Shown in pieces: positions 35,581-48,534 of a stretch of DNA of 64,000 nucleotides. This DNA is from Octopus sinensis (Eukaryota): positions 18,848,001-18,912,000 of the forward strand of contig NC_043016.1 in the NCBI RefSeq assembly GCF_006345805.1, given 5' to 3'. A program made the position numbers and the translations under genes. The notes beneath the pieces were generated by a model. The model was not told where the DNA came from, did not search any database, and saw nothing but the letters and a program-made list of their open reading frames with translations. How positions within the stretch are numbered: position 1 is the stretch's first letter; the number at the start of each line of letters is the position of its first letter.

Positions 35581-38278
35581 CATCCTAGTTTATTTCTCAT
35601 ATTTGCGTGTATATCTCTTTAACTCCCTACATCTCTCTCTCTCTCCCTCTGCTCTCCCTTTCTCTCTCTCTCTCTCTGTGACTTGTTTCCACAGAGTTTA
35701 CAAATTTGATTCACAAGGCACTGGTTGACACGGAATTACAGCAGAATAGACTTGCCTAAGGTGCTGCGCAGTGAATCTGAACCCGAAAGGGCGTAATTGC
35801 AAGCGAGCTTCTTAACCACACCTTCGCCTGTAGTACGCGTATGTAGGTGTGCATGCGTCGATTTTGTAAATGAAAGTCTCTTACTGACAGTAGAAGAGGG
35901 AGAGGTTCTTATGATGCACTACATGAAATATAAATAAAACTGCTATCAAGAAGAAAAGTCATGGACCATATACGTCCAATTAGTGAAGGAAATGAAGGGA
36001 AAAGCAATAAATGCTATATTTCTAGTTGCCTCGTTCTTGTCAAAATCTAATATATAAGCACACTAAGCCAGAATTAGTTCACTTGCGCACCAGAATCGCC
36101 TCCAGACTACGAGGCATTACAAGTTTACATTACAAACACACTTAGGAAGTGACAAATTGACCTATCCCCTGATGCATATTTATTTAACATGAAATAAATA
36201 CAAACTTCTCTGACATTACTTTTAAGAAACATCAGACAGAAAAGAGAAGGAGTAATTTTATTGCTGTTTCAAATCCTTGTCTATGAAAAAAAAAAAAGAG
36301 AACAGGAGAAGTTATTGAAATATATAGGCCAGTAAATAGAATCATTCAGATTGGCGGAGTTAAAACAAAATAAAAATAAACTATTCGCTAGTAATAATAA
36401 AAAGAGACAAACATTTATTTAACCAGGAATCGAAGACTAACAAAGATATTCAGAATATACAAAAACTATCGTTAAGACATACTGTATACGTATTATATAG
36501 AGATAAAATGAAAACATATTGCTCATTCCCAAGACAGACATTGAACTGTGCACTGTTTACTGAATGTAAGCAGCAACTGAAAAAAAAAAATGGACGTCGT
36601 AAACAAATAAAGACAGCAACAACAATTATTGGATTGCAGAAACGATAAAGTGCCGGGGAATATTCCTTCCTTTACATTCTAAGTTCAAATCTTGCTCAGA
36701 TCGATTATTTTTCAGCCTTCTGGGGCTAAAAATTAAATACTAGAACACATAGTCTTCCCACAAACCGCGTGATCATCTGAACAAAATTGTATTTATTTCT
36801 CTTAAGATACGTTGGCAGAAATAATTAAGTTGTGGCAGTTACAGCATCGTTTTATGTCATGGTTGCTTAGTTGTAGGGCAGTCTTGACGGAGCAGGTCTG
36901 TTGTAAAACAACGCTCTAACTGTGACTATCACGTCTTTTGTAGGCGTAGCATCGGATTTAAAGAAAATTTGGCTATTATTTCGAGCAGGTCTACGAATGA
37001 CTCCCATGTTTTTGGAGCATTGAGTTTTAGGTGATCGTTCAGAATATATGCCTCGTAATCTATGTTATACTATTTAGAGGGGTTTGTGAAAAATAACTAT
37101 TATGTGGATTGCATTTGAGTATTGAGTGATGATGGCTTTGAATGTTCAGAGCACATCATCTTAAATAATAATATATACATTAAAATATTGGGCGATATTT
37201 TATACAATAAACACTGTGTAAGATGTCTTATAATATCGGGATAAGGTCGTGCAGAATATTTGTGTGTCTGGTATTATGGCTTTTACAAGTTACAGAATGC
37301 CACATAGTCTGTGATTAGTGTTGTAGTATCGGACTTTGATTGTGTAGAACATACACAATGTACGTAATTGTGAGGTGATTCTCTGTACAATATACATAGC
37401 GGGTGTTGTGTCATCGTTTGCAGGCGATTCTGTAGATTATGTCTTATAGTACTGAGTTATGTTGAGTACAATGTATCTTCTATTGTAGCCTTTGTAGATG
37501 CTTATTAGAGTATATGTTTCTCTTTAACTACATGGTGCATAAATACATATATATAAAAGAAAGCTACGCTAGCAGATCGTGAAGAAGCTATAGAGTATAT
37601 CTTATGCTGAGTTTTTAGATTTAGTTGGTTTCATAAAATTCATATCATGTGCTATTTTTCCACGATCCTCTTTCATTTAACCAAGATATAAACCTATTCA
37701 CGCCTATAACTTATAAAACCCTTAGCAATCGTTCGACTATTTTTGATGGAAGGTGTGAGATACGGGGTGAGTGACACTGAACTTGAATGAGAGGGATATG
37801 GTTAAGTTAAAGAATCTGAATTTGGAATTTCTAAACAGTGGGCGGGACATATAATAGACATATGACAGACACTGCATACATACGAACGTGAATACATAGA
37901 TACATACGTACGTGAATACATATACACACACATGCGAATAGATATATATGCACATATGTAACTTTTAGAAAACTGAAGAAGGAAATGGAAGGTGCGTGTG
38001 AGGAATACGTAGCTTTATGGGGAGGAGGGTAAGTTAACAACAGTTTTTGCAGTCCATCACAAAGAAACACTCACACGCACATATGCACTCATACATACAT
38101 ATATACATACATGCATGCATACAAAGCTACATATATGCATGCATACATGCAAAGATAGATATATGCATACATACAAAGATAGATATATGCATGCATATAT
38201 ACAAACACATATACATTCATACATGAATATATACATCCATCTATACATGCTACATACATACATACACATCATACATAT

Positions 38279-38650
38279 ATGTGGAGGCGTAATGGTCCAG
38301 GAGTTAGGACAGCGAACTAGTAGTCGTAGGATCGTGGTTTCGAAACTTGGACCGGGCGTTTTGAATGTTTATTAAACAAAAACACCTAAAACTCCACGAG
38401 GCTCCGGCAAGGGGTGGTGGGGAACCCTGCTATACTCTTTCAGCACAACTTTCTCTCTTTCTTCCAGTTTGTGTTGTACCTGTGTTTCAACGGGGCCGGC
38501 CTTGTCACATTCTGTGTCACGCTGAATCTCCCCGAGAACTACGTTAAGGGTTCACGTGTCTGTGGAGTGCTCAATCATTTGCACGTTAATTTCTCGAGCA
38601 GGCTGTTCCGTTGATCGGATAAACTGGGACCCTAGTCGTCGTGACAGAGT
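38279..38650 (+). mobile_element. tRNA-derived SINE, diverged copy
   Basis: gtggaggcgtaatggtcc..gttagg..gtggtttcgaaac head, followed by acacctaaaactccacgaggctccggc. Confidence 0.7.
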
Positions 38651-38660
38651 ACCACATATA

Positions 38661-39006
38661 TCTCTCTCTATATAAACGGCAGTTTGTCTGTCTGTGTGTC
38701 TGTGTGTCTGTCAGGTTGTACCCTCACCCTGACCACGGCTTTCAACTGATTCTTATGAAACTTGACACACACATAGCCCAATGTCATAATTCAAAACTGA
38801 CGCAGCGAAAATTTTGAAAAGTTCCCCCAGTTCTGAAAAAATCGGACAGCTAGGAACATCGTATACACAGAAGTATTCGAGTGAAGAGAAGACATTGCAA
38901 CCTACACATGCGCCTTCGTTCCCTAGAGGGAAAGGACCAGATTGGGATTAGCCGTTGCCTACTAGGGGCTTTTACATACCCGGGCAACGCCGGGCTATGC
39001 TGCTAG
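38661..39006 (+). mobile_element. Non-autonomous Helitron
   Basis: 5' A|TCTC..TATATAAACGGC; subterminal hairpin cccgg-gcaacg-ccggg (38979-38994); 3' CTAG|T; no TSD. Confidence 0.85.
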
Positions 39007-39266
39007 TGTAACTATAAAACACTGATAAAAGATCGGGGGGCATTTTAGAGTTAAAAGGAAAGGTTGCTTAAGAAATTGATGTGTAGTGGTAGGGGACTGG
39101 TAAGCTTTTATAAGCAGTCGTTCAGATCGTTGAGTTTACACTCACTCAACACATCACCCACCACTCTTTCCGTTCTTTTTCCTCCTTTCACCCATTTTCT
39201 CTCCTTTTTTGATATGTTAAAAAAGCAGGCGCAATCATTCGAGATAACTGAAATCAACGTGTGTGC

Positions 39267-39323
<57 letters not shown>

Positions 39324-40071
39324 CGCGCGTGTATTTTTACATGTAACAAAATATGATAGTCTGTGTAGTTGCTCGACCTGCTAGATATAACAGCCAAACT
39401 TGTCACTACAATGTGACACGCTAGCATTTTAAAAACGAGAGGTCATATTGAAGAAGACTGCAAAATACTCCCACAACATGTGAATCCTATAATAGATATT
39501 CCGTTTTTCTCTCCATCTGTCTCTGTATTCACAATGCTCCTGCCTATTTTTCTATTTGCATCGCATTCCCTTTCACTGTACCTCCTCCACTTTATCGTTC
39601 CTCTCACTCTTTCCTTCTGTCTCCCCGCTCTCCCTCTCTCTCTCTCACATTTAGCTATTTGACAGACAACGTTTACGCTGAAATTATCAGGATACAACCG
39701 AAGTATCCCTTTTTTACCAGTTGTAAGCAGACGACAATTTTGTAAACTGCGCCGATTGCTGAGAACCATCTCACTTTCGCTTGATCAATATTTATCACCG
39801 CACTCTTCCAAAGTAAGACGTCAAAAGTCAACACTGAAGTTGAAGTACCTTGTTAAATTCATAGAAAACAATTCTTCATTACAAATAAAATATTTCTTAA
39901 CTAGTAGTTTAAAAGCAAACAGCTTTCTAAAGAGAAAACTGGTTTTGTGAGACCCTTCGGTATTGACAAATAACAAAACTCTTCGAGAAGCTATACAGCG
40001 TATTTGCAATAATTAGAGGCATTTTTATTTATTTTATTCCTAAAAACACTTTGCAAGAATATCCAACATAC

Positions 40072-40186
40072 ATTAGGGATATAACATTTGATGGTAATGT
40101 TAAATGTGTTGCCATTAGTGAATTGTACAAAGTAGCCATTCAGGTTCATCGAAAAATTGACGATAGAATTATTCTCCTTCTGTTCA
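40072..40186 (-). CDS. Candidate internal exon, extracellular-protein-like
   Basis: tatgtacag|T GAA CAG...CCT AAT|gtatgt. Reads EQKENNSIVNFSMNLNGYFVQFTNGNTFNITIKCYIPN with three N-X-S/T sequons. Confidence 0.3.
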
Positions 40187-40289
40187 CTGTACATAGTTGA
40201 ATGCTTACAGAAAGTGACATGTCTGTATTATGTAGTGATCAAAGTGACAACCGGCTACTACGATGCTCTTTTTCTCATAAACAATCATG

Positions 40290-43200
40290 AGTATGGGAGA
40301 AAAGAAAAGGGATAAGAAGCATCACAAGATAATTTAAAAAGTAAGGAAAAATTAAAGAAGTCAATAGATAACCGGTGTTAGGACAATTCATCCCCGGTTA
40401 TTTCGTCGTCTGTTAATTTGTCCCCGGTCAATTCGTCGTTCATCAATTCATCCCCACGTCAATTCCATACTGGCCAATTCGTCCCAAAATACTCTTAAAT
40501 GCTTAGAGGAAAAGTTTAGAATAATCACTTTAGAATTAAAATCGGCGTTGGACAGTTTTAGATATTTTCTTTCCCTTTTTTTAACCTCCCATTCCCCGCC
40601 CCTCTCCCTCTCTTAAGTATCTGTGCTCAACAGTTTCCGAACAAAGATTTTCAAGTAAATCGAATTAAATTTATTCAATACGCCTACCCATCAACTTGAG
40701 TACCTGCGAGATCATAGCTTCAGAGAAAGGAAAAATCAGAGTGGTCGATCACGAAAATTATATATACTCAAAAAATAAGCAGAATGCAGATGGATTGAAG
40801 ATATACTGGAGGTGCAAAAATCGTGTGTACAAGGCGAGACTTCATACAGATGAAAATTATAAAGAGCTTAAGAAGATTGGGATCCATAATCACACTTCAA
40901 CTGATGCAGAGGTAAATGCAAGGATAACAGTCTCAAATATTCAAGTAAAGTTTATTTCATCACGTGATGTCCGTCGCGCAGTTATCGCCAGAGAGGATCA
41001 GAATTCAAATGACTATACATTGTCGCAAATACCTCCGTTTGCACAGCTTAATAGAAATATTAGATGTTGGAGATAAGCTGATTCCAACTATCCTGCCACC
41101 CCACTTACAAATGTTGCGTTTTCCATTCCAAGTGAATACTCCTACCTTGACAATAATTACACGTTTTTACAGGATGACTGAGATGGAAGATTCAAAATGA
41201 ATACTAATATTTGCAAGTGACAAAGCAGTACTTCGACAGTTACAAAATCACAAGAACTGGGCGGCAGATGGAACATTTAAGTGCTGCTCTAGTATATTTT
41301 TTCAGTTATATATACCTCACATTCAAATTGATAATTTTAATGCCCCACAATTGTTTGCATTGCTCTCTGACAAAATTCAAGACACATATAGTATACTTTT
41401 TGCCAAAATAAATTAATTACTACAGATGAGGGACCTGATAATGTAATTATGGATTTCGAAAAGGTAGCCCATAACGGATTTCTGGAATCGTTTCCTGGGT
41501 TGAATTTGGCATGCTACTTGTTTCATTTTGGACAAAATGTGTACAAGCATGTTGTGCAAGAAGGACTAAAATACAGATGTCACAAAGATGACACTTTTAG
41601 TCTAAAAATGCGGTATTTTGTTGCCCTAGCCTTCCTACCGGTTGCTGATGTTGTAGATGGATATGAACAACTTGTAGATGATGATGATGTTCCACAGTCA
41701 ATTGTATCCTATTTTGAAAATAATTATATAGGACCACCTAGAGGAAGAAGACAGAGCAGGCAGCGCCTTGAACCTCCATTTCCATTACCTATACGGAATG
41801 TCTGGGATCGATGCATGACGGGGATTACTCGTATTACAAATTGTTTAGAAGCCTACTACAGTGCGCTGAAAAACAGTGAATATTAGTCATCAAAATATTT
41901 GGAAACTTATTGGTGTGATAAAATAGGGGGAAAGGTTTGTCAGTACCAGCAGAAGCTTATGCGAGAAGAACCAAGCCAAAGGAAAAAAAATACAGAGATA
42001 TGAAACTGCGTATAAAAAATGTCACGGAAAAATATGACCCAAGCCAAAAAACCATTTTTCTGAAAGTAATTGCACAAAATCTTAAATTTTACGAAAAAAT
42101 AATAATGTAATACAGCAAACCTTAAACGTTCTTCCATTTTTCCTATGATCTCGATGAATTAACTGACGACAAATTGACCTGAGGACGAATTGACCAACAA
42201 CGAATTAACTGAGGAGAAATCAAACGTCGACAAATTGCCATCGATGAATTGACCGGGCACCATAGATAACAACGCATGATAGTATTACTATATTAGAAAA
42301 TTTAAGAAATCAAAAAAATAAGATTACAAAAGAAGAGGCAATATGAAAGGAAGAAAAGAGAACATGGAAAACAAGATAACGATGGGGAAATAAGATTGTA
42401 GGGAAACAAGGAAAATTATAGAAAATAAAAATTTCGATTACAAAAGTTTTCCGGAAACAATTTACAGAAAAAGTATGAACGAATGCAATGGCCGGGTGCA
42501 GCTTTTAATTATGATCCTAATCATGATTATGCATCTAAAAAGTAATGTCCCTAGACTATATGAGAATATATGTGACAAGTATGGTGCTATAAATCATTAG
42601 GTATGTGTTATTCAAAGGGTAAGATCCATTTACTTATAACTGAGCCACCACAACCTATACGGGATCTTGGGTACTACTTCAGAATCGAAATATCTTCTAT
42701 AAAACATTCGTACATAGAATTGTGCATTGCAAAATGAAGTGTTTTGAGACAAAAATTATTCAGGAAAGTGAGGTTACGCCGACTTTCAAAGTACAGAGGA
42801 AAATTTATCACAGAATTGGCTCACTTAAGCCTTTACAAAATGAAAAGCTACAATTTCTACAGATCTGTTTTATAAGTGACATTCAAAAAGTATCAGAATG
42901 TTGCAACAAGAACTGATTAAGTATGAGAATAGAACTTATTTCCTCTCGATTTAATGAAGTGGCATTTAGTATGACTGACAAAGAATGTGACAAGCGAGAT
43001 GTTGTTTTGAAGTGCTATGAGAATAGCATCAAATTCATAATTGAAACTTATCGTTCATACGATACTTTACAATACCCCCTCGCTTTTCGTCAATGGAGAA
43101 GACGGACGGATACCACTTTGGTATACTATAAATTAGTGGAATCACTTCCAAGGAACTGTATACTGTATGGATTATTATGTTTATCGACTGATGATTCGAA

Positions 43201-43830
43201 GTAATTCATTTAATCATCTTCATTACTGTCAAGTTCTATTTCACCAGTATGTTGCTGATAAGTGTGCCAAGACAGAGTTGCAGAGATTGTATTACAAAAA
43301 CCGCGTGAAAAAGAACTACGTTCACAATCGTACATGCATTTACAAGATAGCGTCAATAACGATATTGCAGGGTCAGAGCTTGGAAAACTTTGTATCCTTC
43401 CTTCCAGTTTTACATGAAGCAGAAGATATATGTATGAAAGACGCAGTATGCTATGATTTATGTACGTAATTAAGGACGTCCTGATCTTTTTATCACTTAC
43501 ACTTGCAGTCGTAAATGGGACAAAATCTAAACGGAGCTTCTTCCATGACGGTTCTACACCAGTAGACAGGATCTAATTGCAAGAGTTTTTCATTTCAAGG
43601 TTTCCAAATTGACAATCCCTATAAGGAAGTTTTACATATTTCGACATGTACGCAGCTTACATGTGCGCAATTGAATAGCAAGAAAGAGGCCTGCCTCTTG
43701 CAGATATCTGGCTTTAGGAGAAAATTCATCGTAATGACATTGATTCCATAATATCAGCGAATATTCCAAACCTCACAAATGACAAAGAACTTCATGAAAT
43801 TGTAAAATTGAACATGTGGCTACCTCAACC
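40290..43830 (+). mobile_element. Helitron Rep pseudogene (helicase absent), interrupted by a MULE
   Basis: PTFKVQRKIYHRIGSL..NEKLQFLQI, ETYRSYDTLQYPL, LFHQYVADKCAKTE..RL, YVRN*GRPDLFITYTC..KW, IE*QERGLP. The K/E-rich 5' part is split at TSD atagataac. Confidence 0.88.
40373..42261 (+). mobile_element. MULE/Mutator transposon with FLYWCH + MULE transposase pseudogene
   Basis: TSD atagataac at 40364-40372 and 42262-42270. Termini ggtg..caattcatc / gatgaattg..cacc with subterminal caattcgtc repeats. YIYSKNK..IYWRC..ARLHT..HNH; WAADGTFK..FFQLY; IMDFEK..CYLFHFGQNV; ITNCLEAYY. Confidence 0.92.
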
Positions 43831-44232
43831 CAAGTGCACATTTCGTCTCTGTCTGTCTCTCTATCTCCCTCTCTCTCTGTATATATACAGCAATCATTTG
43901 CCATATCGCAGTTCACCTATCGCGGTTTCTTATTTAAGCTTACGTTGATTCCTCTGTGGTGTTGTTTTGCGTTTATAACAAAATAAATATTAAAAATAAT
44001 TAGGTGAATGTATATTTAACGACTTAGCATTCTTTGGAATACGATAATTGTACAATCTTCTTCATCTACTATTAATTCCATCGTCGAAGAAATCAAGCTT
44101 ACTTGTTTGCATCAATGTGTGCTCGACATTATACAATGAAATCATATATTCACAGATTGCAAACAAAGAAAGCTAGGCACTGTATATACACATTTATATG
44201 TGTGTATATAAATTTATATTTATATGCACATG

Positions 44233-44321
<89 letters not shown>

Positions 44322-44351
44322 AGAAAAAGGGACAGGCAACAGGTTGCTTGG

Positions 44352-44403
<52 letters not shown>

Positions 44404-44410
<7 letters not shown>

Positions 44411-45193
44411 TATAGGATAAAATCTATATATGAATTATCTAGTCTGCGTGAAAACCATATAAGGGAAACATTTATAATTATTCCCTTTAAATACATTTAT
44501 GTCTTGATTATGCCTGCACTGACGATTAGAAAGTGAATTATGTACACTAACTATGAAATTATATGATTTGCAACTAAATCTGTTTTAAAAGGTGACTTCC
44601 AAGCTGCATTCTCTCGCTGTCGGTACACTGTATATTTATTATGGTAGTTTGGACTTCAAGAGTCCCTCATAGCGTGAGGCATTTACGTGTAGTAATGCCC
44701 TTAATATAATAAATGTATTTAAAGAGAATAATTATAAATTTTTCCTTTATATGGTTTTCACGCTGACTACTTGATCAATTCTTATGTAGATTTTATCTTA
44801 TATTTAATTTTAAATTTAACCGAAATATATTCAGTGCTGAATTATTCCGAATATGCGCATGTACCGAGAAGTAATTTGAAAAGCCCGCCTCTTACATAGA
44901 TATGTAAGTATGAACATTTAAATGTGCTATGTTGGATACATTTGGTTTTCGTCTGGTATGTTGAATTTTGTTCATTTTTATGTGTCTTGATTATGTCTGC
45001 ATTGACGAGTAGAAAGTGGATTATGTACACTAACTATGAACTCATATGATTTGCGGCTGAATCGGTTTTAAGGGACGGATTCCAAGTTGTATTTCCTCGA
45101 TGTCGATACACTGTATATTTATTGTGGTAGTTTTGACTGTAAGAGTCTCTCATAGCGTGAGGCATTTACGTGTCGTAATGTCCTAAATATAAT
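44404..45193. repeat. Composite repeat X(rc)-Y-X-Z-Y'
   Basis: ~97-bp inverted arms at 44404-44500 and 44709-44809; the enclosed 44501-44708 recurs, diverged, at 44984-45193. Confidence 0.85.
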
Positions 45194-45502
45194 ATAGTAT
45201 AATATATATATACATATATGCATACACTTACATATATATATGTATATGTATATGTATATATGTGTATGTGTATGTATGTGTATATAGAATGTTTATTGAA
45301 GGTATATACATATATGCACATACAATGGAACTACCGACCAACATAGATACATGCATACATAGGCAGACTTCATTCAATTTGCGTCAACCAAATCTACTCA
45401 CAAGGATTTGGTTGGCCCAGAAGTATATATAGAAGACATTTACTCACTGTAACTATCGACGCCTGTGCATATATGTGAGTGTGTGTATATATGTATACAT
45501 AT

Positions 45503-45545
<43 letters not shown>

Positions 45546-46340
45546 TGTCTGAAGTTCTGTACAGATTTTATATATTTAGAAAGAGCAAGTGGTCAGAATT
45601 TTGGAAAATTATTTATTTATTAGCACGTTTGCGCTTTCATCTCATTCGCTCAATACACACCCATATACACATTCATCTTTACTCTGTGCTATTCAGTAGT
45701 AGTATTGTTCACCCTGTGCTATCCAGTAGTAATATTATACGTACTTCCAAGGTTTGCGCTATGACATCTGCCGTGTATAAATAGATAATTGAAAAAATTG
45801 GAGTCAACAACAAGGGGTACGGTTGGACATTTATGTTTCCGTGCAATGCAGTTCTCCAGGAGTGCAGGCACTTGATTATGCAACCGTTTCCTGCATTATC
45901 AGATCTAGCTGTGTTTCCTCAGGCGATATGTAAATATTGTCTCCGTAAGTTTAAAATCCTCGGCTTCAAGCACACCCTCTCTGCCTGTCGTGGCCTGAAT
46001 TTAGTAGTAGTAATTGAGCTTATCAGGATGTTGGCAAACTGATTTGAAAGTGTAGATGAAGTGGGATGCTGATTCTGGTACTGTCAAAGTGGTTACCGTT
46101 TTAAAGGGATTGACATTTGATTTCTTTCATGGTTTGTTACACATGCGATTGTCCTTAGCTGACCTTTAAGATTCAACGCACAGATACACACGCAAACGCA
46201 CATACACACACATACATACATACATACATACATACATACATACATACATACATACATACATACACACACATACATATATACATATACATATATATATATA
46301 TATATTCACATACACATACATATATACATATATACATAAT

Positions 46341-47360
46341 CTTAGCTATGTCATTTGCGATTTCCTTTAATCTTGATTCACTGTAACTGCGTTTGATATA
46401 ATGGTGTACAAAAGCATTTGCATGTTTCCAGTAATGTCCTGTATCAGTACAGATCCGTGTTATCCTAAAAAATTTAGATTTCGAGTTTGACCGAATAAGA
46501 TAACGTGGATGATCGGAGCGGCGGTGGAGTTAAATGTGGGATGACGTAGGCGTGCAAAATAACTACTGTCATTATTCTGTCTCAAAAACACTTAACTTTT
46601 ATGTCCTAAAATTCAACGCTAGTATTTAAGAAAACTAGACGTGTATTTAACGTTAAACTTACAGCCGTAGATTTTAGCATAACAGTCAAAGAAATGCAAG
46701 AAGTCAATTAAACTATCCTGTGGTCCTTCCCAGACAAAATAGACGTCATCAATGAACCGTAACCAAAGTATTGATTCATGACCATAAAGGAATTTGAATG
46801 TCTTCAGTAACTGTGTCTCGAATTTCGTCATGAAGACATTAACGAAATTAACTGTCATTGTGGTTCCCATGGTCTGGTGGTAAAACTATTGTTCAAACTT
46901 CATTGTGTTACTTTGTAACACAAACCTCAATAGCCTACAGAGAAAATTAGAGGGAATACATCTGTTAGACCGTTTCTCGAAGGCTTTCATGCATGCTTTA
47001 CCCCTTCATCGTGGTCAATATTGGGATATAAGGAAGCATGTTGATGTTAGGCATAAAATCAACAGTATCTCGAACATAGGGACTTCATTTTCTCGCGCCA
47101 GGGAGCAGAAAGCCACCAGCCACTCCGAAATTTTGGTTGTACAAGATTCACATCCACTGTAACTTGGGCGCATTAAAGGAAATCTTTCGAACTATTTGTG
47201 TATTTTCGGGAGACCATAAAATATAGATGTTCTTTCTGACCGTGAAATCCTGGATTCGGCCTTATTAATGAAATTGTTTGCCTCCATTTCCAGAAGTATT
47301 TTGTCAAGTTCATCACTGTAATTGGCGTTTGGTTCGGCAGGTAATTCTTCATATGAAGTT
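46341..47360 (-). mobile_element. Penelope-like element 1, RT part (inverted)
   Basis: IFYGLPKIHK, RP..SGCESCTTKISEW, MGTTMTVNFVNVFM, LWLRFIDDVYFVWEG, YL..RSDHP. Confidence 0.9.
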
Positions 47361-48352
47361 TTGCAAACGACATAGCTGTGATCAGCAAGGAAATTCAAGC
47401 TTTCACGCATACTTTTATCAAACTAACTGGCACCGAAAATTCGCTGGCATTTCAAAAGCGTTACATGAAAGTTACCAGCATGTTGCGGAAAAACCTTTTC
47501 GTTCCAAACAGATATTTCCCCAACTGTCTATTGTAGACTTTCGACAGAATAAACATAGAGAATTATTAACCTCTATTTCTGACTCCAAGAAAACTAACAT
47601 TGGAGTTTCCGAACGCTATAACTTGTAAAATAGCCGCAAGAGCGCTAAGCTCTGTTCATTGTGCAACAACATAAGTCATATCTATTCCATCAGGAATCAT
47701 AACAGAAGTTTTATGATATACATGGAAGGTAAGATGAGTAGAGATTCCCATTTGGTGTACGCAGCAGAATGCACGAATCACAACTTGGTTTATGTTGGTT
47801 GTACAACAGAACAATTAAACAAAAGATTCAATGGGCACACATATGACATCAGGCACATTAACAGTAGTCCGACAGAACATGCCAAACATCTTACATCAAA
47901 CGGCTGCAATTTTGAAAAAGACTTGAAAGTGCATATTCTGAAAATATTCTGAAACTGCTACACTTTTAGTCCTCAAAATCCATGAGGAGAAATATGATCG
48001 TGAGTTATTAACATCATAGCCTGGAGGGATGAATAAAATGACAGAATTTCATCATATTTACACAAAACTGTTTCATTGAATATTCTTCTTTTTCTTTCTT
48101 TTATTCTTTTTGCTCATTCTTTCGTTTTTCTTTTTGCCAGTTGTAAACTTGAAAATTGAAGACTGATGATGTCATTCCATCCACGTGGGAACTCTGGTTG
48201 CCTCGTTCAAATTTTGTATTTGAATTTCTATAATTTTGAATTTGTATCAATTACTTTTCATTTTGAAGTCGACAAAGACAGGGTAGCTGTCGAAATCTCG
48301 TTCAACCAATAAAACATTTATTGCAATCGCATTGCGCTCTTCGCATTGTTTT
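47361..48352 (+). mobile_element. Penelope-like element 1, thumb/GIY-YIG and 3' UTR
   Basis: HLVYAAECTNHNLVYVGCTTEQLNKRFNGH; collinear with the rc of 59283-60190; ends aataaa..ctcttcgcattgttt|(TAA)n. Confidence 0.9.
48263..48305 (+). ncRNA. Variant minimal hammerhead (U3-A8, C4), decayed copy
   Basis: ttgaag-TCGACAA-a-GACAG-ggtag-CTGTC-GAAA-tc-TC-gttcaa. Confidence 0.55.
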
Positions 48353-48366
48353 AATAATAATAATAA

Positions 48367-48431
<65 letters not shown>

Positions 48432-48436
48432 ATAGC

Positions 48437-48517
<81 letters not shown>

Positions 48518-48533
48518 ATAATAATGATAATAA
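48353..48533. repeat. (TAA)n/(TAG)n tract
   Basis: Directly visible. Confidence 0.97.
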
Positions 48534-48534
48534 T

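Noticed and set aside
44518-44556. CTGACGA-tta-GAAA-gtg..cac-TA as a minimal hammerhead on the plus strand
   Set aside because: Stem III can be drawn, but stem I cannot pair in either Y copy.
47173-47410. An intact Penelope RT-GIY ORF
   Set aside because: All PLE coding pieces here are broken by stops, frameshifts, deletions or inversion; no active element is present.
48155-48215. Upstream ttgaagaCTGATGAtgtc motif as a second hammerhead in the PLE UTR
   Set aside because: The other copy reads CTGATGG, neither copy has GAAA after a stem II, and the shared feature is only a tgatgg/ccatca hairpin.
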